A DNA stretch of 64,000 bases from Planctomycetia bacterium. GTDB taxonomy: Bacteria; Planctomycetota; Planctomycetia; Pirellulales; UBA1268. The notes beneath the pieces were generated by a model that searched no databases, was not told the DNA's origin, and saw only the letters and a program-made list of their open reading frames with translations. The stretch lies in the NCBI GenBank assembly GCA_026401035.1, contig JAPLNR010000053.1:89451-153450 (forward strand), given 5' to 3'. Of this stretch, positions 7,854 to 17,128 are shown piece by piece. Numbering within the stretch: position 1 is the first letter of the stretch; the number at the start of each line of letters is the position of its first letter. The translations under genes and the position numbers were made by a program.

Positions 7854-8390
7854 CTACCGCGGCGGCAGATCGTCATCCATGCTACTGATGTAGCTCCGCA
7901 GCCGTTCGAGCTCGTCGCTGACGTGCCGTAGCTTGAGCATGTTTTCCACCCGCTTCACGAGCTCCACCTTGTTGACCGGCTTGGAGAGGAAGTCGTCGGT
8001 GCCGGCCTCGACGGCCCGCTCGATGTCGCCGAGTTCACCGAGGGCCGTCACCATCAGGATCATGATCGGGCTCGTGGATGGATCGCTCTTGAGCCGCTGG
8101 CAGACCTCAAAGCCGGAGAGCTTCGGCATCATCACGTCGAGCAGGATGACGTCGGGTCGGAAGGCCGCCACCTTGTCGAGCGTGTCACGACCGTCGATGG
8201 CCGTGGCAATTTCACAGTCGATCTCGGCGAGATAGACCTCGAGGAGTTCGCGGTTGGGCTCGTTGTCGTCGGCGATGAGCACGCGGCTCTTGCGGGCGGC
8301 CACTGCTGCGGTGGGCTTGGTCTGGGGCTGGGCGGGGGGCGATTTGGGCATCGGGTCCTCGGTCGCGGCGGCGGCGTTACGGGATTTCAA
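7854..8390 (-). CDS. single-domain response regulator (CheY-like receiver)
   Basis: VLIADDNEPNRELL...PDVILLDVMMPKLSGFEVC..LK......PIMILMVTA...D..RA.EAGTDDFLSKP. An alternative start is Met14 at 8351. Confidence 0.85.
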   Translation of the reverse strand: MKSRNAAAATEDPMPKSPPAQPQTKPTAAVAARKSRVLIADDNEPNRELLEVYLAEIDCEIATAIDGRDTLDKVAAFRPDVILLDVMMPKLSGFEVCQRLKSDPSTSPIMILMVTALGELGDIERAVEAGTDDFLSKPVNKVELVKRVENMLKLRHVSDELERLRSYISSMDDDLPPR

Positions 8391-8925
8391 AGAGCGACTG
8401 GCTCTTCACGATCGCGAGATCGTCGGGAAACGTGTGGAAGGCCTGCACGAGCAGACTCTTGGCCCGGGTTTCGATGTTGATCCAACTGATCGCCCCCAGC
8501 GCCAGACGGCCGCCCGATTCGAAGCGGTGGAACATGCCGTGCTTGATTCCCTCGGCGCAGAGTTCCTGTTGGAATGTCCAAAACACCTCGGGCGCCACCG
8601 CCTCGAGCTGGAAGCAGGTCTGGTAGGAGGCACCACCGCGGCACTCCAGGCGGTCGCTCCGCTCACCGCTGAGCTTGGAGGACAGCAGCCGGCGCTTCTG
8701 GGGCAGCGGCTGGGCGGCGCTGGCCGCCACCTCGGAGAGCGTCAGCCCGTCTTTTCGCCAGGTGACGACGTGGCCGGCGCTCGTGATCGCCACCATCGCC
8801 TGATAGCCACCGCGCTCGATCGACCGTGTTGAGACGATTTCGAAGAGCTCGGGGTGCAGCCCCCGGCCATACAGCTGAAAGACCAACTCGGTGACTTTGG
8901 GGCGAACCGACAGCACTCGTTTCAT
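8377..8925 (-). CDS. conserved hypothetical protein (soluble, ~180 aa)
   Basis: ORF 8377..9015 trimmed to ATG 8925 (MKRVLSVRPKVTELVFQLYGRGLHPELFEI...). It reads like a conserved family of unknown function that I cannot name with certainty. It overlaps the response regulator ORF by 14 nt. Confidence 0.5.
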   Translation of the reverse strand: MKRVLSVRPKVTELVFQLYGRGLHPELFEIVSTRSIERGGYQAMVAITSAGHVVTWRKDGLTLSEVAASAAQPLPQKRRLLSSKLSGERSDRLECRGGASYQTCFQLEAVAPEVFWTFQQELCAEGIKHGMFHRFESGGRLALGAISWINIETRAKSLLVQAFHTFPDDLAIVKSQSLFEIP

Positions 8926-9011
8926 CTCCCGGGGGAAGTCTTGAGTATAAAATCGCCGCCCACGATGCACAAAGCCGAGTCCTGCAGCCAGCACAAACCG
9001 TACCGTGGCGA

Positions 9012-9875
9012 TCACAAGAGCCCGACGAGCATGTCGTATGCGGCATGGGCGCCGGCGGCGATGCCGAAGCCGCGGACCACGAAGAGCGTGGCAAAGAAGA
9101 TGCCGGCCAGAGCGCGAAAGGCGAAACTGTAGAGCTCGAAAGCGTCGCCGAGCGGACCGATGTAATGCGCGGCGCTGAACAGCAGGCTCGTCAGGAGCAC
9201 CGACCAGAGGCGGGCAGGCGTCGCGGAAACCCCGGCCCGCGCGAGCACCCAGATCACGACCGGCAGCAGAATGAGCCTGAAAAGCACCTCTTCATAGAGA
9301 CCGGCGCCACAGTAGCCGATGAAGCGGGTAAAAATCCCCGTCAGGCCGTCCACGATCCCCAGCGGCCAGAGTTGATGCTGCAGCCGCGCCAGGCCCACGA
9401 GCACCCCCGCCCAAAGCAGACATTCCATGACCATGCCCGCGAGCACGGCGGGGCTGAACCGCCAGCGGTCGTGCTCGATGTGGTGCCAGGCCAGCAGTCC
9501 GAGCACCATGAGCACCGGCAGCAGGAAATAGGACCCAAAGCCGAGCCCGTCGAGGAGCTGCCGTAGCCAGACATCGGCACCATTGCGGGGCGATCCGCGG
9601 CCCAGCCAGAGCACCCCGCCTTCGTACGCGAGCACCAAGGGCAGCGTGAACATCAGACTCGTCAGCGGCGTGCGGGAGAGACTCCAATAGGTTTCAAACG
9701 CCTCCGGAATTCGCTCCGCCGCCACGTCGTCGACGGCGTCGGTCGCGTCCGCCTCCGATCCAGACTCCGATCCGGAAAACTCACGGATGAGTTCGTCGGC
9801 TTGCCCGTCAAGACCCTGCGCTGCAGGGCCGGAAAAATCAGGCGTGTCGCGATCGGTGGATGAGGACGATGGCAT
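9012..9875 (-). CDS. CPBP-family intramembrane glutamic endopeptidase (CAAX protease/Abi-like)
   Basis: Motifs LYEEVLFRLILLP, FSAAHYIG and AAGAHAAYD on a multi-TM background. The start is uncertain (Met53 of ORF 9012..10031 chosen). Confidence 0.75.
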   Translation of the reverse strand: MPSSSSTDRDTPDFSGPAAQGLDGQADELIREFSGSESGSEADATDAVDDVAAERIPEAFETYWSLSRTPLTSLMFTLPLVLAYEGGVLWLGRGSPRNGADVWLRQLLDGLGFGSYFLLPVLMVLGLLAWHHIEHDRWRFSPAVLAGMVMECLLWAGVLVGLARLQHQLWPLGIVDGLTGIFTRFIGYCGAGLYEEVLFRLILLPVVIWVLARAGVSATPARLWSVLLTSLLFSAAHYIGPLGDAFELYSFAFRALAGIFFATLFVVRGFGIAAGAHAAYDMLVGLL

Positions 9876-10412
9876 GCCGGGCGGCTCGTGGGCGTTTGTG
9901 GTCAGCGGTACGCGGGCCGCGGAGAGTGCGGATTTACCGACTGTTTTCGTGGAAATGCGCCGGATTGTGCAAGGCAAATGGCATCGCGGCCGCAACGGCG
10001 CTGCGACCGGGGATGCTGGCGCTGCTGGCAAAAAAGTTTTTCAAAAAAGCACATGCGTTTTTGTTCGGTGTTTTATGGACGTGGCACTCCGGTCGCCGCG
10101 CGCATGGCTCCAGAGTCCTTGACAACTTCGACTCCCTCGGAAGAATGACGCCCGGTGGTCGAGTCGATGGTCGGGAAACGATTCCCGTCGTCCTCGCCGC
10201 GAAAAATCTCGCATCAGCAGCGACAACAAATACAAGGAGTCTGACTCGGATATTGGGGGGCGACGACTTGAGGGATCGAAAGTCGACGACCTTGGTCGTG
10301 GCCTGGATGTCCCCCCCGCTTTCGAGTGTTTGCCTGCGGGCGTCAGTAGCTGAGAGTTGCCTCGGCGGGGTGGCGGCCCCGTAGAATCAAGGCGAATACG
10401 GGGCACTACTCA

Positions 10413-11543
10413 ATGGCACGATGCCTGATCGGATGCGGTTCGAACCAGGGCCGGCGGCGGGAATACCTCGACCGGGCCCTCGAACTTTTGCGCTACATGC
10501 CGGGCGTGACCGTGCTGGCCGTCAGTCGGCCGCTGGAGACGCGGCCCATCGGCGGCCCGGCCGGCCAGGCACCATTTCTCAACGGTGCCTGTCTCCTTGA
10601 AACCGACCTCGGCCCGCACGAGGTGCTGGGCATGCTGAACGCGGTCGAGAATACGCTGCACCGCGAACGGACCGAACGGTGGGGGCCGCGAACGATCGAC
10701 CTCGATCTGCTGCTCTACGACGATCTCGTGCTCGACACCTCGAGCCTGACGTTGCCGCATCCCCGCATGACCACGCGGCGGTTCGTGCTCGAGCCCTGCG
10801 CGGAAATTGCGGGCGACGCCATGCATCCGCGGGCCGGCTGCACGGTACGGGCGCTGCTCGACAACATCTCGCAGCCGCATCCGCACGTGGCGATCGTCGG
10901 CGTGCCGGGAGCCGGCGCTCCGGAGGTGGCCTCCGTAGTCGCCGATGCGATGCTCGCCCGGCTGGTGCGCAATCCAGCGCCGCTCACGCCACAGCTCTTC
11001 GAGCCGCCCGCAGGCGACGCCGTGACAGACGCCGACACCGCGCGACTCGAAGCGGTCTGGCGGCAGTCGCTGGCCGCGCGGGCCCGGCCGCTCGAGGCTG
11101 CCGGATGGCCGGATGATCCACACGGCACCGTGGCCGACTACTGGCTGGAAACCCAGCGGCTCGCCGCCGAAGAGATCCTGCCGGCTGCATCCCGCGCGGC
11201 ATTCGCCGCCCTGTTCTCGACACATGCCGCCACCACCGTCGCGCCCCACGTCGTGGTGCTCCTGCACGTGCAGCCGGAAGTTTTGGAGGAACGAATCGCG
11301 TTTCGTGCCCGCCGGCCCGCGCCGCACTCCGACATCTTCGCGGCGCTGACGCCGACGGCCGTGTGCCCATCGACGCAGGAATCGGTGCGGCTGCTGATGC
11401 GGCTCCAAGATCGTCTCGCCTGCCGCCTGCGGACGGCCGATCCGGCCTGCGGCACGCGACCCAAAGCCACTGTCGTCATCGATGGCGGCGATCTGGGGCA
11501 GGCCGCCCTCGATGCCGTGGCCGCCGTCGAGGCGATGGCGTGA
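10413..11543 (+). CDS. folK: HPPK (2-amino-4-hydroxy-6-hydroxymethyldihydropteridine diphosphokinase) fused to a ~210-aa C-terminal P-loop-kinase-like domain with a degenerate Walker A
   Basis: The N-terminal 160 aa read IGCGSNQG...VSRPLETRPIGGP.Q..FLN....ETDL.P.E.L......E..L.RER..RWGPRTIDLDLLLY....L.....LTLPHPRM..R.FVL.P. The remainder contains VAIVGVPGAGAPEV, which has no Lys-Ser/Thr. Confidence 0.85.
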   Translation: MARCLIGCGSNQGRRREYLDRALELLRYMPGVTVLAVSRPLETRPIGGPAGQAPFLNGACLLETDLGPHEVLGMLNAVENTLHRERTERWGPRTIDLDLLLYDDLVLDTSSLTLPHPRMTTRRFVLEPCAEIAGDAMHPRAGCTVRALLDNISQPHPHVAIVGVPGAGAPEVASVVADAMLARLVRNPAPLTPQLFEPPAGDAVTDADTARLEAVWRQSLAARARPLEAAGWPDDPHGTVADYWLETQRLAAEEILPAASRAAFAALFSTHAATTVAPHVVVLLHVQPEVLEERIAFRARRPAPHSDIFAALTPTAVCPSTQESVRLLMRLQDRLACRLRTADPACGTRPKATVVIDGGDLGQAALDAVAAVEAMA

Positions 11544-11551
11544 CGACCGAC

Positions 11552-12418
11552 ATGAACACGCCCAATCCCGCACTGCCGGAGATCGAGCGCGACCCGGCGC
11601 GGATGCGGGAGAGGATTGCCGCGGCGCGGGCCGCGGGCCGCCGCGTGGGCTTCGTGCCGACGATGGGGGCCTTGCACGCGGGGCATGCGAGCCTCGCGGC
11701 GCGGGCCCGGGCCGAATGCGACGACGTGGCCGTGTCGATCTTCGTCAACCCGACGCAGTTTGCACCCCACGAGGATTTCGGCCGCTACCCGCGGACGCTC
11801 GCGACGGATTGCCAGCTGCTCGGGGAGCAGGGCGTGCGGTGGGTGTTTGCGCCGGAGGTGGCGGCGATGTATCCGCCGGGCGCCGCGACGCGGGTCGTTG
11901 TGCAGGGCCCCGCCGATCGCTTCGAGGGCGCGTCGCGGCCGGGGCATTTCGACGGCGTGGCGACGGTTGTCTGCCGGCTTTTTCAGGCGGTACCGGCCGG
12001 TGCCGCCTATTTCGGCGCCAAGGACTGGCAGCAGACGGTCGTCGTGAAGCGGATGGTTCGCGACCTCGGCCTGCCGATCGGCATCATTGTCTGCCCAACC
12101 GTTCGCGAGCCCGACGGCCTGGCGATGAGCTCGCGGAATGCCTATCTCTCCCCCGCCGAGCGCCTCCGCGCCGTCGCGCTCTCCGCCGGCCTCGCACAGG
12201 CGGGCCGACTCTGGTCGGAGGGCACCGGTGTGCCCGCGATCGAGGCGGCACTGCGGCAGTCGTTGGCGGCCCACGATGTCGCCTGCGACTACGCCGCCGT
12301 GGTCGATCCGGAGTCGCTTGAGCCCCTCGCCGACGCGAGCGGCCCCGCCATCGCGCTCGTGGCCGGCCGACTCGGCTCGACGCGGCTCATCGACAATCGC
12401 GAACTGCCTCGGCGCTGA
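11552..12418 (+). CDS. panC: pantoate--beta-alanine ligase
   Basis: ORF 11363..12418 trimmed to ATG 11552 (GTG 11540 also possible). PTMGALHAGH, SIFVNPTQF, RPGHFDGVATVV, YFGAKDWQQ and MSSRN blocks. Confidence 0.9.
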   Translation: MNTPNPALPEIERDPARMRERIAAARAAGRRVGFVPTMGALHAGHASLAARARAECDDVAVSIFVNPTQFAPHEDFGRYPRTLATDCQLLGEQGVRWVFAPEVAAMYPPGAATRVVVQGPADRFEGASRPGHFDGVATVVCRLFQAVPAGAAYFGAKDWQQTVVVKRMVRDLGLPIGIIVCPTVREPDGLAMSSRNAYLSPAERLRAVALSAGLAQAGRLWSEGTGVPAIEAALRQSLAAHDVACDYAAVVDPESLEPLADASGPAIALVAGRLGSTRLIDNRELPRR

Positions 12419-12430
12419 CCGCAACTGCCG

Positions 12431-12647
12431 TCGGAGGCGAAGGGATCGGCGGAAGCTCGACGAGCGTCGGCATATCTTTGCCGCGCGGAGGAGACTTCTG
12501 CCGTCCCAGGCCGGTTTGAGCGCGAGCGGTACGCCACCATCGGAGGCGAAGGGATCGGCGGAAGGTCGACGAGCGTCGGCATATCCTTGCCGCGCGGAGG
12601 AGACTTCTGCCGTCCCGAGCCGGTTTGAGCGCGAGCGGTACGCCACC
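12431..12647 (+). repeat. tandem duplication (2 x 109 nt), each unit holding a short form of the palindromic element
   Basis: 12431-12539 versus 12540-12647 differ at 4 positions. The short-form cores are at 12442-12507 and 12551-12616 (GGGATCGGCGGAAG...CTTCTGCCGTCCC). Confidence 0.9.
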
Positions 12648-12678
12648 GGTTCCTGGCCGTTTGTCCTACAATTGCGGC

Positions 12679-13785
12679 ATGCTCTCCACGCTCTTCCACA
12701 TTCCCGCGCGGCTCACCCTCGGAGACGCCTCGTTGCCGCTCTTCGGCTGGGGACTGCTTCTGGCCATCTGGGGAGTCGCGGGCGGGCTCGGTCTGGCCTG
12801 GGCCGCCTGGCGTGGGAGCCTGCGGGGACATTGCAGCGCCGGGCTTCGCGATGCCGTCGTCACGTTCGGCCTGCCGTTCGCGATCTCCGGGGCGATGATC
12901 CTCTGGTTGCTGCCGTCGCTCGATGACGGGCAGGGGGTGCCCATCCGCGGCTATGGACTCATGCTGCTGCTGGCGGCTGCGGCGGGCACGTGGCTTTCGA
13001 TCGTGCGCGGCCGGGCGCTGGGTTTCGATGCCGACACCATTCTCGCGCTCGGCATGGAGGTGTTTCTCTGGGGGATCGTCGGCGCGCGGATCTTCTATGT
13101 GATCGAGTACCACGAGCAATTCTTCCCACCCGGCAGGAGCCTGCTCGCAGGCCTGCCCGACGTGCTCAACATCGCCGCCGGCGGGCTCGTCGTTTTTGGC
13201 TCGCTGCCGACCGCCGCCCTGGCCGCCTGGCGGTTCGCGCGGCGGCGGGGGCTGCCGCTCCTGCGGCTGGCCGACTGCATCGCGCCGGGGCTGCTTGTCG
13301 GTCTGGCGATCGGCCGCCTCGGCTGTTTTTTGAACGGCTGCTGCTACGGCGGCCCATGTGAACTGCCGTGGGCCGTGCGGTTTCCGCCGGACAGCCCGCC
13401 GTGGCTCGATCAGGCAGCCCGCGGACTCCTGCCGGCGGGCGAGGCGACGCACCCGCGGCCCTGGAGCCTGCCGGTTCATCCGGCGCAGCTGTATGCCGCG
13501 ATCGACGCGGCGCTGCTTGCCTGGCTGGCGATCTGCGCGACGCCGCTGGCCCGCCGTGCCGGCACCGTGTTTGCCATCGTGCTCACGCTCCATCCGCTCT
13601 CGCGGCTGCTCCTCGAGGGGATCCGCGTCGATGAGCCGCCAGCCCTGGGCACGCCGCTGTCGATTTCGCAGCTGGTGTCGCTCGTGCTTCTGGCACTGGC
13701 GGCGGCCCTCTGGTGCTGGCTGTCAGCACAGCCCCCGGAAAGGCTAGACTGCTCTCCTTCTCCCTTGGACAAGCCGGCCGCATGA
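12679..13785 (+). CDS. lgt: prolipoprotein diacylglyceryl transferase
   Basis: ORF 12625..13785 trimmed to ATG 12679, since the first 18 codons lie in the repeat. GYGLMLL, GARIFYV, GGLVVFGS, GRLGCFLNGCCYG, W.V.FP and HPAQLY blocks. Confidence 0.9.
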   Translation: MLSTLFHIPARLTLGDASLPLFGWGLLLAIWGVAGGLGLAWAAWRGSLRGHCSAGLRDAVVTFGLPFAISGAMILWLLPSLDDGQGVPIRGYGLMLLLAAAAGTWLSIVRGRALGFDADTILALGMEVFLWGIVGARIFYVIEYHEQFFPPGRSLLAGLPDVLNIAAGGLVVFGSLPTAALAAWRFARRRGLPLLRLADCIAPGLLVGLAIGRLGCFLNGCCYGGPCELPWAVRFPPDSPPWLDQAARGLLPAGEATHPRPWSLPVHPAQLYAAIDAALLAWLAICATPLARRAGTVFAIVLTLHPLSRLLLEGIRVDEPPALGTPLSISQLVSLVLLALAAALWCWLSAQPPERLDCSPSPLDKPAA

Positions 13786-14054
13786 AACCCACCAATCCCG
13801 AAGACGCCGAGGTGGAGACCGAATTCAAGCGGATCGAGCACGAGCGGATCGCCCAGGAACGCGCCGAGGCCCGGGAGGACGTGGAGACCAAGACCCCCGA
13901 AAAACCACCGCATCGGGTGGAGAAGTGGCAACTGATCGCCTTGGCGCTGGCGTTGGTCGTGGGACTCCTGGCAGCCCTGTTCGCCAACACCTGGCAGCCG
14001 CCGGCCGATCCAAACTTCCCGGCCGCCACAAAAGACGGGGACGGTCGAAAATAG
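13782..14054 (+). CDS. small single-pass membrane protein, unknown function
   Basis: The ATG overlaps the lgt stop (ATGA). The N-terminus is charged (EDAEVETEFKRIEHERIAQERAEARED) and is followed by one TM helix (WQLIALALALVVGLLAALFA). Confidence 0.5.
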   Translation: MKPTNPEDAEVETEFKRIEHERIAQERAEAREDVETKTPEKPPHRVEKWQLIALALALVVGLLAALFANTWQPPADPNFPAATKDGDGRK

Positions 14055-14098
14055 AACTGCCCAAGCCGAACAACGCCCGCGAACTTCCCCCCGGAGCG

Positions 14099-14326
14099 GT
14101 GACGGTCCGCTGCCGGCTCGACGGCCCATTGGTCGTGGAACTGCCCCCCGATGCCGCGGCCCTCGGCCTCTCCCTCCGCGTGACCGATCACTTGGGCAAC
14201 GAGTACCAGCTTTTGGCCAAGAAGAAGCCCATCGCCCTCTGCCGCTGCGGAGAGAGTCAGACGCGGCCGTTCTGCGACGGCACCCATAAAACCTGCGGAT
14301 TCAAGGCGGATGAGAACGCCACCTGA
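14099..14326 (+). CDS. CDGSH-type iron-sulfur domain protein
   Basis: ALCRCGESQTRPFCDGTHK is the CDGSH 2Fe-2S motif. There is no in-frame ATG downstream of the previous gene, so GTG 14099 is taken as the start (uncertain). Confidence 0.7.
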   Translation: MTVRCRLDGPLVVELPPDAAALGLSLRVTDHLGNEYQLLAKKKPIALCRCGESQTRPFCDGTHKTCGFKADENAT

Positions 14327-14526
14327 GCTTTTCCGCGGTCCGACTGTAGGGTCTGCGAAGGCGGTGCCATGAACGGAAAGTGTTCCTCCTAAAACACTTA
14401 CGACATGCTGCCCGTCAAAAAATTCTCCTCTGTCAGCCCGGAACGATATGGACTGTCACCACAATCCCCTGTACGGTTAAACGCCTTCTGGGAGCAGTCT
14501 CCGTTCACCCCGGCAGTACGGCCTCT

Positions 14527-17052
14527 ATGTCGCCACACAAACCCAACTTTTATCAGCGGTACAGCGTCGGGATCATGGCGATCCTCGTCTTCCTGCTACC
14601 GATGGTCGTGGTCGGGGCCATCAAGGCGAAGGGCAACAACCGCAACGACGTGAAGGGCTGGCTGCCCCTCGAATACCCCGAAACACAGGTCTACCGGTTC
14701 TTTCGCCGCAATTTCCAGGGTGAGGAGTTTATTCTCATCTCCTGGGAAGGCTGCACGATGACCGATCCGCGGCTGGAACTGCTCTCGCAGAAGCTCCTCC
14801 CGCCGCCCGAAGAGGCCTCCCGGATCGACAGGCCGATCTTCTTCAAGACCGCCCAGACGGGCCCGCGGGCCGTTGAGCGGATGACGTCGGAACCGCTCAA
14901 TCTCGACCGCGAAGAGGCGATTTCCAGGCTCACGGGGGCCCTGATCGGGCCGCCGCCCGCGGGCGTGGAGGCTGGATCCGCAGCCGACGACCTCGACCAG
15001 CGGCAGACCTGCCTGGTGCTCACCCTTGCTGATACGGCGCGGGCCAACCTCCACGGGGCGATCGACACGATCCGGAAGGTGGCCCTGGAGGAGTGCGGGA
15101 TCCCCGAGAAGTCGCTCCACATGGGCGGGCCTCCGGTCGACAACGTTTCGATCGACAAGGCCGGCCAGACGAGCGTGACGATCCTCTTTGCCCTCTCGCT
15201 GGTGGTCGGCTTCTTCGTGAGCTGGTGGAGCCTGAAGAGCAAACTGCTGGTGGGCCTCGTGCTCGCCTCGGGCGTCTACAGCATGTTCGCGAGCCTCGCC
15301 GTCGTCTGGTACTCGGGCTATCCCGTCGACGCGATCCTGCTGACGATGCCGTCGCTCGTCTACGTCGCGACGACGAGCGGCGCGATCCATCTGGCAAATT
15401 ACTACCGCGACCAGCTGGCGGAGACCGGCGTGCAGGAGGGAGCGGCCGGCCGCGCCGTGCACCACGCCCTGCTGCCCCTGTCGCTCGCCACCGGCACAAC
15501 GGCCGTGGGTCTGGCGACGCTGGCGGTGAGCGAACTGGTGCCGATCAGGATGTTCGGCATCTTCTCGGCCGTCGGCGTGGTCGTGAGCTTCGTGATCCTC
15601 GTGACCTTCATGCCGGCCGCACTCGAACTGTTTCCGCCGAAGCTCAAGCTCGGCAAACTGGCCGCGGACGAGGAGAGCGACTCCTGGCGGCCGATCGAGA
15701 CCAGCCCCTGGTGGCACTTCGGCCAGTGGGTGACCCGCCACAACGGTTTGGTGACGACCGCCTGCCTGCTCGCCATGGCTGGCGTCGGCTACGGCATGAC
15801 GCGGGTTGAGAGCAGCGTGCAGCTCATGCGTCTCTTCTCGCCCAAGGCACGGATTCGCGAAGACTATCGCTGGCTCGAGACCAAGCTGGGACCGCTGGTG
15901 CCGATGGAGATCCTCGTGCGGATCGACCAGCAGGATTGCCGGCTGAACTTCCTGGAACGGATGGAACTCGTCGGCAACATCCAACGCGAGATCGGCGTGC
16001 TCGACGAGGTGGGCAGTTCGCTCTCGACCGTCACGTTCGGCCGCAGCCTCGACGCGGGCGATGCCGGCGATGGCGTCGGCGGCGCGGCGGCGCGGGCCTT
16101 CGGCCTGGGCGCCCGCACGAAGCGGAGCGTGCTCAATCGCCGACTCACCGCCCACCGACAGGACTTTCTCGACGGCGACTATCTCCGCGAGGCGCAGTCG
16201 GCGGACGGCCGCGACGAGGAGCTCTGGCGGATCAGCGCCCGGGTGAGCGCGACCAAGGAGGTCGACTACGCCCTCTTTCAGCGCGACCTGCGGACGAAGA
16301 TCGACCCGATTCTCGCCGAACTCGGCACCAACGGCGTCACCGGCATCAAGGTCGACTACACCGGGCTCGTGCCGCTGGTCTACAAGGCACAGCACTCGCT
16401 GCTCGACGGCCTGATCCTCGGCTTCGTCACCGACTTCGGCATCATCGTGGCCGTGATGATCCTGCTCTGCCGGGCGGCCTCGGCCGGCCTCGTGCTGCTC
16501 CTGCCCGCGGCATTCCCGGCGGTGATGGTGTTCGGCGGAATGGGCTGGGGCAACTCGATGCTCAAGTCGCTCGACGCCGGCACGCTGCTGATCGACATCG
16601 GCACGGTGATGGCGCCGAGCGTGGCGCTCGGCGTGACGGTCGACGACGTCGTCCACTTCATGCTCTGGTTTCGCCGCGGCATCGCCGACGGGCTCGACCG
16701 CAAGCAGGCCGTGATGCTCGCCTACAAGGGCTGCGCCCGCGCGATGTACCAGAGCTGGGGCGTGATCGGCATCGGTCTCTCCGTCTTCTCGCTCTCGCCA
16801 TTCGGGCCGACGCAGCGGTTCGGCCACATGATGCTCGCGATGCTCACGATCGCCCTGGTGGGCAACCTCGTGCTGCTGCCGGCGCTGCTGGCCGGCCCGC
16901 TCGGGGCCGTCTTCAGCTGGAGCGTGCTGCGGATCGAGGAGAAGAAAGCCCGCCGTGAAGGCCGCCGCAAGGTGAAGGCCGACCCGGGCAGCGATTCGCT
17001 CCCCGCCCCGCACGTGCTGCCGAGCCCCAGCAAGCAGGTCGTGCACGCGTAG
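14527..17052 (+). CDS. MMPL/RND-superfamily exporter
   Basis: ORF 14380..17052 trimmed to ATG 14527 (MSPHKPNFYQRYSVGIMAILVFLLP). It has two ~6-TM hydrophobic blocks, each preceded by a large soluble loop, giving the duplicated architecture typical of MMPL-type RND transporters. Confidence 0.8.
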   Translation: MSPHKPNFYQRYSVGIMAILVFLLPMVVVGAIKAKGNNRNDVKGWLPLEYPETQVYRFFRRNFQGEEFILISWEGCTMTDPRLELLSQKLLPPPEEASRIDRPIFFKTAQTGPRAVERMTSEPLNLDREEAISRLTGALIGPPPAGVEAGSAADDLDQRQTCLVLTLADTARANLHGAIDTIRKVALEECGIPEKSLHMGGPPVDNVSIDKAGQTSVTILFALSLVVGFFVSWWSLKSKLLVGLVLASGVYSMFASLAVVWYSGYPVDAILLTMPSLVYVATTSGAIHLANYYRDQLAETGVQEGAAGRAVHHALLPLSLATGTTAVGLATLAVSELVPIRMFGIFSAVGVVVSFVILVTFMPAALELFPPKLKLGKLAADEESDSWRPIETSPWWHFGQWVTRHNGLVTTACLLAMAGVGYGMTRVESSVQLMRLFSPKARIREDYRWLETKLGPLVPMEILVRIDQQDCRLNFLERMELVGNIQREIGVLDEVGSSLSTVTFGRSLDAGDAGDGVGGAAARAFGLGARTKRSVLNRRLTAHRQDFLDGDYLREAQSADGRDEELWRISARVSATKEVDYALFQRDLRTKIDPILAELGTNGVTGIKVDYTGLVPLVYKAQHSLLDGLILGFVTDFGIIVAVMILLCRAASAGLVLLLPAAFPAVMVFGGMGWGNSMLKSLDAGTLLIDIGTVMAPSVALGVTVDDVVHFMLWFRRGIADGLDRKQAVMLAYKGCARAMYQSWGVIGIGLSVFSLSPFGPTQRFGHMMLAMLTIALVGNLVLLPALLAGPLGAVFSWSVLRIEEKKARREGRRKVKADPGSDSLPAPHVLPSPSKQVVHA

Positions 17053-17128
17053 CTGCTCCCGGCGGGAGATCGCCGCCGCCGCTATTCGGGCACGCAATTT
17101 GCACGAAAGCTTGAGTTAGACTGGGGCC

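Noticed and set aside
10254-10412. GGGGGCGACGACTTGAGGGATCGAAAGTCGACG resembles the 5' end of a tmRNA.
   Set aside because: Only about 160 nt remain before folK. There is no tag reading frame with a resume codon and no tRNA-like 3' end (no GGTTCGA T-loop or CCA-proximal acceptor).
12431-12647. Possible CRISPR array, given the direct repeats.
   Set aside because: There are only two units and they are directly abutting with no spacers. The unit length is 109 nt, and the units are homologous to the dispersed palindromic element. No cas genes occur in the window.
14596-17097. 833-aa minus-strand ORF covering the whole MMPL/RND gene.
   Set aside because: It is a high-GC shadow ORF. The translation is Arg/Gly/His-rich low-complexity sequence with no membrane segments or motifs, whereas the plus-strand frame has clear duplicated polytopic transporter architecture.
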